Virus record (IMG/VR): IMGVR_UViG_2913147268_000004
Source: a virus
Lineage: Duplodnaviria > Heunggongvirae > Uroviricota > Caudoviricetes
Direction: 5' to 3' (one strand)
Length of the DNA: 27,424 nucleotides
Position 1 is the first letter of the stretch, and the number at the start of each line of letters is the position of its first letter. Positions 21,625 through 27,424 of this stretch are shown piece by piece. The position numbers were made by a program, and so were the translations under genes. Under the pieces are notes generated by a model that did no database searches, was not told the DNA's origin, and saw only the letters and a list, made by a program, of their open reading frames with translations.

Positions 21625-24178
21625 ACCGGTAGGCGATCTGGTCGTTGATTTGAGTCTGGATGCGGCCAGATTTGACGAGCAGATGGCCAGAGTCAGGCGT
21701 CATTTTTCCGGTACGGAAAGTGATGCGAAAAAAACAGCGGCAGTCGTTGAACAGTCGCTGAGCCGACAGGCGCTGGCTGCACAGAAAGCGGGGATTTCCG
21801 TCGGGCAGTATAAAGCCGCCATGCGTATGCTGCCTGCACAGTTCACCGACGTGGCCACGCAGCTTGCAGGCGGGCAAAGTCCGTGGCTGATCCTGCTGCA
21901 ACAGGGGGGGCAGGTGAAGGACTCCTTCGGCGGGATGATCCCCATGTTCAGGGGGCTTGCCGGTGCGATCACCCTGCCGATGGTGGGGGCCACCTCGCTG
22001 GCGGTGGCGACCGGTGCGCTGGCGTATGCCTGGTATCAGGGCAACTCAACCCTGTCCGATTTCAACAAAACGCTGGTCCTTTCCGGCAATCAGGCGGGTC
22101 TGACGGCAGATCGTATGCTGGTCCTGTCCAGAGCCGGGCAGGCGGCAGGGCTGACGTTTAACCAGACCAGCGAGTCACTCAGCGCACTGGTTAAGGCGGG
22201 GGTAAGCGGTGAGGCTCAGATTGCGTCCATCAGCCAGAGTGTGGCGCGTTTCTCCTCTGCATCCGGCGTGGAGGTGGACAAGGTCGCTGAAGCCTTCGGG
22301 AAGCTGACCACAGACCCGACGTCGGGGCTGACGGCGATGGCACGCCAGTTCCATAACGTGACGGCGGAGCAGATTGCGTATGTTGCTCAGTTGCAGCGTT
22401 CCGGCGATGAAGCCGGGGCATTGCAGGCGGCGAACGAGGCCGCAACGAAAGGGTTTGATGACCAGACCCGCCGCCTGAAAGAGAACATGGGCACGCTGGA
22501 GACCTGGGCAGACAGGACTGCGCGGGCATTCAAATCCATGTGGGATGCGGTGCTGGATATTGGTCGTCCTGATACCGCGCAGGAGATGCTGATTAAGGCA
22601 GAGGCTGCGTTTAAGAAAGCAGACGACATCTGGAATCTGCGCAAGGATGATTATTTTGTTAACGATGAAGCGCGGGCGCGTTACTGGGATGATCGTGAAA
22701 AGGCCCGTCTTGCGCTTGAAGCCGCCCGAAAGAAGGCTGAACAGCAGAGTCAACAGGACAAAAATGCGCAGCAGCAGAGCGATACCGAAGCGTCACGGCT
22801 GAAATATACCGAAGAGGCGCAGAAGGCTTACGAACGGCTGCAGACGCCGCTGGAGAAATATGCCGCCCGTCAGGAAGAACTGAATAAGGCCCTGAAAGAC
22901 GGAAAAATCCTGCAGGCAGATTACAACACGCTGATGGCGGCAGCGAAAAAGGACTATGAAACGACACTGAAAAAGCCGAAGCAGTCCGGCGTGAAGGTGT
23001 CTGCGGGCGATCGTCAGGAAGACAGTGCTCATGCTGCCCTGCTGACGCTTCAGGCTGAACTCCGGACGCTGGAGAAGCATGCCGGAGCAAATGAGAAAAT
23101 CAGCCAGCAGCGCCGGGATTTGTGGAAGGCGGAGAGTCAGTTCGCGGTACTGGAGGAGGCGGCGCAACGTCGCCAGCTGTCTGTACAGGAGAAATCCCTG
23201 CTGGCGCATAAAGATGAGACGCTGGAGTACAAACGCCAGCTGGCTGCACTTGGCGACAAGGTTACGTATCAGGAGCGCCTGAACGCGCTGGCGCAGCAGG
23301 CGGATAAATTCGCACAGCAGCAACGGGCAAAACGGGCCGCCATTGATGCGAAAAGCCGGGGGCTGACTGACCGGCAGGCAGAACGGGAAGCCACGGAACA
23401 GCGCCTGAAGGAACAGTATGGCGATAATCCGCTGGCGCTGAATAACGTCATGTCAGAGCAGAAAAAGACCTGGGCGGCTGAAGACCAGCTTCGCGGGAAC
23501 TGGATGGCAGGCCTGAAGTCCGGCTGGAGTGAGTGGGAAGAGAGCGCCACGGACAGTATGTCGCAGGTAAAAAGTGCAGCCACGCAGACCTTTGATGGTA
23601 TTGCACAGAATATGGCGGCGATGCTGACCGGCAGTGAGCAGAACTGGCGCAGCTTCACCCGTTCCGTGCTGTCCATGATGACAGAAATTCTGCTTAAGCA
23701 GGCAATGGTGGGGATTGTCGGGAGTATCGGCAGCGCCATTGGCGGGGCTGTTGGTGGCGGCGCATCCGCGTCAGGCGGTACAGCCATTCAGGCCGCTGCG
23801 GCGAAATTCCATTTTGCAACCGGAGGATTTACGGGAACCGGCGGCAAATATGAGCCAGCGGGGATTGTTCACCGTGGTGAGTTTGTCTTCACGAAGGAGG
23901 CAACCAGCCGGATTGGCGTGGGGAATCTTTACCGGCTGATGCGCGGCTATGCCACCGGCGGTTATGTCGGTACACCGGGCAGCATGGCAGACAGCCGGTC
24001 GCAGGCGTCCGGGACGTTTGAGCAGAATAACCATGTGGTGATTAACAACGACGGCACGAACGGGCAGATAGGTCCGGCTGCTCTGAAGGCGGTGTATGAC
24101 ATGGCCCGCAAGGGTGCCCGTGATGAAATTCAGACACAGATGCGTGATGGTGGCCTGTTCTCCGGAGGTGGACGATGA
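21617..24178 (+). CDS. H: tail tape measure protein H
   Basis: 853-aa translation matches lambda gpH in length and sequence as I recall it. Confidence 0.95.
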   Translation: MAEPVGDLVVDLSLDAARFDEQMARVRRHFSGTESDAKKTAAVVEQSLSRQALAAQKAGISVGQYKAAMRMLPAQFTDVATQLAGGQSPWLILLQQGGQVKDSFGGMIPMFRGLAGAITLPMVGATSLAVATGALAYAWYQGNSTLSDFNKTLVLSGNQAGLTADRMLVLSRAGQAAGLTFNQTSESLSALVKAGVSGEAQIASISQSVARFSSASGVEVDKVAEAFGKLTTDPTSGLTAMARQFHNVTAEQIAYVAQLQRSGDEAGALQAANEAATKGFDDQTRRLKENMGTLETWADRTARAFKSMWDAVLDIGRPDTAQEMLIKAEAAFKKADDIWNLRKDDYFVNDEARARYWDDREKARLALEAARKKAEQQSQQDKNAQQQSDTEASRLKYTEEAQKAYERLQTPLEKYAARQEELNKALKDGKILQADYNTLMAAAKKDYETTLKKPKQSGVKVSAGDRQEDSAHAALLTLQAELRTLEKHAGANEKISQQRRDLWKAESQFAVLEEAAQRRQLSVQEKSLLAHKDETLEYKRQLAALGDKVTYQERLNALAQQADKFAQQQRAKRAAIDAKSRGLTDRQAEREATEQRLKEQYGDNPLALNNVMSEQKKTWAAEDQLRGNWMAGLKSGWSEWEESATDSMSQVKSAATQTFDGIAQNMAAMLTGSEQNWRSFTRSVLSMMTEILLKQAMVGIVGSIGSAIGGAVGGGASASGGTAIQAAAAKFHFATGGFTGTGGKYEPAGIVHRGEFVFTKEATSRIGVGNLYRLMRGYATGGYVGTPGSMADSRSQASGTFEQNNHVVINNDGTNGQIGPAALKAVYDMARKGARDEIQTQMRDGGLFSGGGR

Positions 24179-24504
24179 AGACCTTCCGCTGGAAAGTGAA
24201 ACCCGGTATGGATGTGGCTTCGGTCCCTTCTGTAAGAAAGGTGCGCTTTGGTGATGGCTATTCTCAGCGAGCGCCTGCCGGGCTGAATGCCAACCTGAAA
24301 ACGTACAGCGTGACGCTTTCTGTCCCCCGTGAGGAGGCCACGGTACTGGAGTCGTTTCTGGAAGAGCACGGGGGCTGGAAATCCTTTCTGTGGACGCCGC
24401 CTTATGAGTGGCAGCAGATAAAGGTGACCTGCGCAAAATGGTCGTCGCGGGTCAGTATGCTGCGTGTTGAGTTCAGCGCAGAGTTTGAACAGGTGGTGAA
24501 CTGA
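24175..24504 (+). CDS. M: minor tail protein M
   Basis: 109-aa translation matches lambda gpM as I recall it. Confidence 0.9.
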   Translation: MKTFRWKVKPGMDVASVPSVRKVRFGDGYSQRAPAGLNANLKTYSVTLSVPREEATVLESFLEEHGGWKSFLWTPPYEWQQIKVTCAKWSSRVSMLRVEFSAEFEQVVN

Positions 24505-25202
24505 TGCAGGATATCCGGCAGGAAACACTGAATGAATGCACCCGTGCGGAGCAGTCGGCCAGCGTGGTGCTCTGGGAAATCGACCTGACAGAGGTCGGTG
24601 GAGAACGTTATTTTTTCTGTAATGAGCAGAACGAAAAAGGTGAGCCGGTCACCTGGCAGGGGCGACAGTATCAGCCGTATCCCATTCAGGGGAGCGGTTT
24701 TGAACTGAATGGCAAAGGCACCAGTACGCGCCCCACGCTGACGGTTTCTAACCTGTACGGTATGGTCACCGGGATGGCGGAAGATCTGCAGAGTCTGGTC
24801 GGCGGAACGGTGGTCCGGCGTAAGGTTTACGCCCGTTTTCTGGATGCGGTGAACTTCGTCAACGGAAACAGTTATGCCGATCCGGAGCAGGAGGTGATCA
24901 GCCGCTGGCGCATTGAGCAGTGCAGCGAACTGAGCGCGGTGAGTGCCTCCTTTGTACTGTCCACGCCGACGGAAACGGATGGCGCTGTTTTTCCGGGACG
25001 TATCATGCTGGCCAACACCTGCACCTGGACCTATCGCGGTGACGAGTGCGGTTATAGCGGTCCGGCTGTCGCGGATGAATATGACCAGCCAACGTCCGAT
25101 ATCACGAAGGATAAATGCAGCAAATGCCTGAGCGGTTGTAAGTTCCGCAATAACGTCGGCAACTTTGGCGGCTTCCTTTCCATTAACAAACTTTCGCAGT
25201 AA
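24504..25202 (+). CDS. L: minor tail protein L
   Basis: 232-aa translation matches lambda gpL as I recall it. Confidence 0.9.
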   Translation: MQDIRQETLNECTRAEQSASVVLWEIDLTEVGGERYFFCNEQNEKGEPVTWQGRQYQPYPIQGSGFELNGKGTSTRPTLTVSNLYGMVTGMAEDLQSLVGGTVVRRKVYARFLDAVNFVNGNSYADPEQEVISRWRIEQCSELSAVSASFVLSTPTETDGAVFPGRIMLANTCTWTYRGDECGYSGPAVADEYDQPTSDITKDKCSKCLSGCKFRNNVGNFGGFLSINKLSQ

Positions 25203-25206
25203 TCCC

Positions 25207-25950
25207 ATGACACAGACAGAATCAGCGATTCTGGCGCACGCCCGGCGATGTGCGCCAGCGGAGTCGTGTGGCTTCGTGGTGAGAACGCCGAAGGGGGAAA
25301 GATATTTTCCCTGCGTGAATATCTCCGGTGAGCCGGAGGCGTATTTCCGGATGTCGCCGGAGGACTGGCTGCGGGCAGAGATGCAGGGTGAGATTGTGGC
25401 GCTGGTCCACAGCCACCCCGGTGGTCTGCCCTGGCTGAGTGAGGCTGACAGGCGGCTGCAGGTGCAGAGCGATTTGCCGTGGTGGCTGGTCTGCCGGGGT
25501 GAGATTCATAAATTCCGCTGTGTGCCGCATCTTACCGGGCGGTGCTTTGAGCACGGGGTGACGGACTGTTACACGCTGTTCCGGGATGCTTATCATCTGG
25601 CGGGGATTGAGATGCCGGATTTTCATCGCGGGGATGACTGGTGGCGTCACGGTCAGAATCTCTATCTGGATAATCTGGAGGCCACAGGGCTGTATCAGGT
25701 GCCGTTGTCATCAGCACAACCGGGCGATGTGCTGCTGTGCTGTTTTGGTTCATCGGTGCCGAATCATGCCGCCATTTACTGTGGTGATGGCGAGCTGCTG
25801 CACCATATTCCTGAACAACTGAGCAAACGAGAGAGGTATACCGACAAATGGCAGCGACGCACACACTCCCTCTGGCGTCACCGGGCATGGCGCGCATCTG
25901 CCTTTACGGGGATTTACAACGATTTGGCCGCCGCATCGACCTTCGTGTGA
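25207..25950 (+). CDS. K: tail assembly protein K
   Basis: Frame from ATG 25207 (MTQTESAILAHARRCAPAESCGF…) is lambda-K-like by my recollection; open to 25950, overlapping the start of I. The track ORF begins at an upstream ATG at 25165, inside L. Confidence 0.8.
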   Translation: MTQTESAILAHARRCAPAESCGFVVRTPKGERYFPCVNISGEPEAYFRMSPEDWLRAEMQGEIVALVHSHPGGLPWLSEADRRLQVQSDLPWWLVCRGEIHKFRCVPHLTGRCFEHGVTDCYTLFRDAYHLAGIEMPDFHRGDDWWRHGQNLYLDNLEATGLYQVPLSSAQPGDVLLCCFGSSVPNHAAIYCGDGELLHHIPEQLSKRERYTDKWQRRTHSLWRHRAWRASAFTGIYNDLAAASTFV

Positions 25951-26521
25951 AAACGGGGGCTGAAGCCATCCGGGCGCTGGCCACACAGCTCCCGGCGTTT
26001 CGTCAGAAACTGAGCGACGGCTGGTATCAGGTNNNNNNNNNNNNNNNNNNNNNNNNNNNNNNNNNNNNNNNNNNNNNNNNNNNACAGGTGAAACGGAATT
26101 ATCAGCCCGTCTTAATGAACCGCTGGCAAATGGTGCTGTGATCCATATCGTGCCGCGTCTGGCAGGAGCCAAAAGTGGCGGTGTGTTTCAGGCTGTGCTG
26201 GGGGCGGCTGTTATGGCGGTTGCTATATGGATGCCGGGGGTAGGAATTATGGCGAGTAATCTGCTGTTTTCTCTCGGTGCCAGTATGACGCTTGGCGGTG
26301 TTGCACAGATGCTGGCCCCTAAACCCAGAACCCCCCGCACACAGACAACGGATAACGGCAAACAGAACACCTATTTTTCTTCACTGGATAATATGGTTGC
26401 CCAGGGCAATGTTCTGCCCGTTCTGTACGGTGAAATGCGCGTGGGATCACGTGTGGTATCTCAGGAGATCAGCACAGCAGATGAAGGTGATGGTGGTCAG
26501 GTTGTGGTGATTGGTCGCTGA
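25848..26521 (+). CDS. I: tail assembly protein I (interrupted by assembly gap)
   Basis: N-terminal part (25848-26032) and C-terminal part (26084-26521) both match lambda gpI as I recall it; the two parts are in different frames across the N-run, consistent with an arbitrary gap length. Confidence 0.8.
26033..26083. other. assembly gap (51 N) inside gene I
   Basis: Run of N characters in the sequence. Confidence 1.
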
Positions 26522-26581
26522 TGAAAAACGTTTTATGTGAAACCGCCTCCGGGCGGTTTTATCGTTTATGGAGCATGACGA

Positions 26582-27424
26582 ATGGGTAAAGGCAGCAGTA
26601 AGGGGCATACCCCGCGCGAAGCGAAGGACAACCTGAAGTCCACGCAGCTGCTGAGTGTGATCGATGCCATCAGCGAAGGGCCGGTTGAAGGTCCGGTGGA
26701 TGGATTAAAAAGCGTGCTGCTGAACAGTACGCCGGTGCTGGACAGTGAGGGGAATACCAATATATCCGGCGTCACGGTGGTGTTCCGGGCCGGTGAGCAG
26801 GAGCAGTCACCGCCGGAGGGATTTGAATCCTCCGGCTCCGAGACGGTGCTGGGTACGGAAGTGAAATATGACACGCCGATCACCCGGACCATCACGTCGG
26901 CAAACATCGACCGTCTGCGCTTTACCTTCGGTGTACAGGCACTGGTGGAAACCACCTCAAAGGGAGACAGGAATCCGTCGGAAGTTCGCCTGCTGGTTCA
27001 GATACAGCGTAACGGTGGCTGGGTGACGGAAAAAGACATCACCATTAAGGGCAAAACCACCTCGCAGTANNNNNNNNNNNNNNNNNNNNNNNNNNNNNNN
27101 NNNNNNNNNNNNNNNNNNNNNNNNNNNNNNNNNNNNNNNNNNNATAACCTGCCGCCGCGCCCGTTTAATATCCGGATGCGCAGGATGACGCCGGACAGCA
27201 CCACAGACCAGCTGCTGAACAAAACGCTCTGGTCGTCATACACCGAAATCATCGATGTGAAACAGTGCTACCCGAACACGGCACTGGTTGGCGTGCAGGT
27301 GGACTCGGAGCAGTTCGGCAGCCAGCAGGTGAGCCGTAATTATCATCTTCGCGGGCGCATTCTGCAGGTGCCGTCGAACTATAACCCGCAGACGCGGCAA
27401 TACAGTTCAAGGCGCACTTCGTAA
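26582..27424 (+). CDS. J: host specificity / central tail fiber protein J, 5' part (continues beyond window; contains assembly gap)
   Basis: Translation from MGKGSSKGHTPREAKDNLKSTQLLSVIDAISEGP… matches the lambda gpJ N-terminus as I recall it; open at the window end. Confidence 0.9.
   Translation: MGKGSSKGHTPREAKDNLKSTQLLSVIDAISEGPVEGPVDGLKSVLLNSTPVLDSEGNTNISGVTVVFRAGEQEQSPPEGFESSGSETVLGTEVKYDTPITRTITSANIDRLRFTFGVQALVETTSKGDRNPSEVRLLVQIQRNGGWVTEKDITIKGKTTSQXXXXXXXXXXXXXXXXXXXXXXXXXXNLPPRPFNIRMRRMTPDSTTDQLLNKTLWSSYTEIIDVKQCYPNTALVGVQVDSEQFGSQQVSRNYHLRGRILQVPSNYNPQTRQYSSRRTS
27070..27143. other. assembly gap (74 N) inside gene J
   Basis: Run of N characters in the sequence. Confidence 1.

Noticed and set aside
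21324-25208. Long antisense ORFs within T, H, M and L (e.g. 22175..22753, 22793..23323, 23269..23787, 23771..24436, 24402..25208)
   Set aside because: Embedded in tail genes with full-length lambda-like sense translations; no start signals; shadow frames.
25848-25950. About 100-nt overlap of the K 3' end with the I 5' end, considered as a possible stop-codon loss extending K
   Set aside because: I cannot reliably recall the lambda K stop position, and overlapping tail-assembly genes are normal; not enough evidence to call an anomaly.

Overview
Most of this window (about 5.5-27.4 kb) is a lambda-type siphovirus prophage segment on the + strand. It runs: nin-region genes (NinB/YbcN-like, NinE, YbcO-like, RusA, YlcG), a Q-position regulator, a late promoter/terminator region, the lysis cassette (holin, R endolysin, Rz with embedded Rz1), bor on the - strand, a lipoprotein made essentially of a TonB C-terminal domain, a poorly resolved small-ORF region, cosN/cosB, then the lambda packaging/head/tail operon Nu1-A-W-B-C/Nu3-D-E-FI-FII-Z-U-V-G/T-H-M-L-K-I and the 5' part of J, which runs off the window end. 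Two N-runs (26033-26083 and 27070-27143) are assembly gaps inside I and J. Many of these proteins match phage lambda as I recall it; no database search was run. The first ~5.1 kb is different and all on the - strand: a lipoprotein alpha/beta-hydrolase (esterase), a 3' remnant of a J gene that sits in the same frame one stop codon after the esterase, an Stf-like side tail fiber with a lambda-type N-terminus and a divergent C-terminus, and two small translationally coupled genes. I saw no integrase, repressor, replication genes, tRNA, CRISPR array or IS element. The candidates most worth follow-up are the TonB-C-domain lipoprotein, the esterase/J-remnant junction, the inverted tail-fiber module abutting the nin region, and the small genes downstream of stf and upstream of cos. 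None of these can be called novel without database searches.
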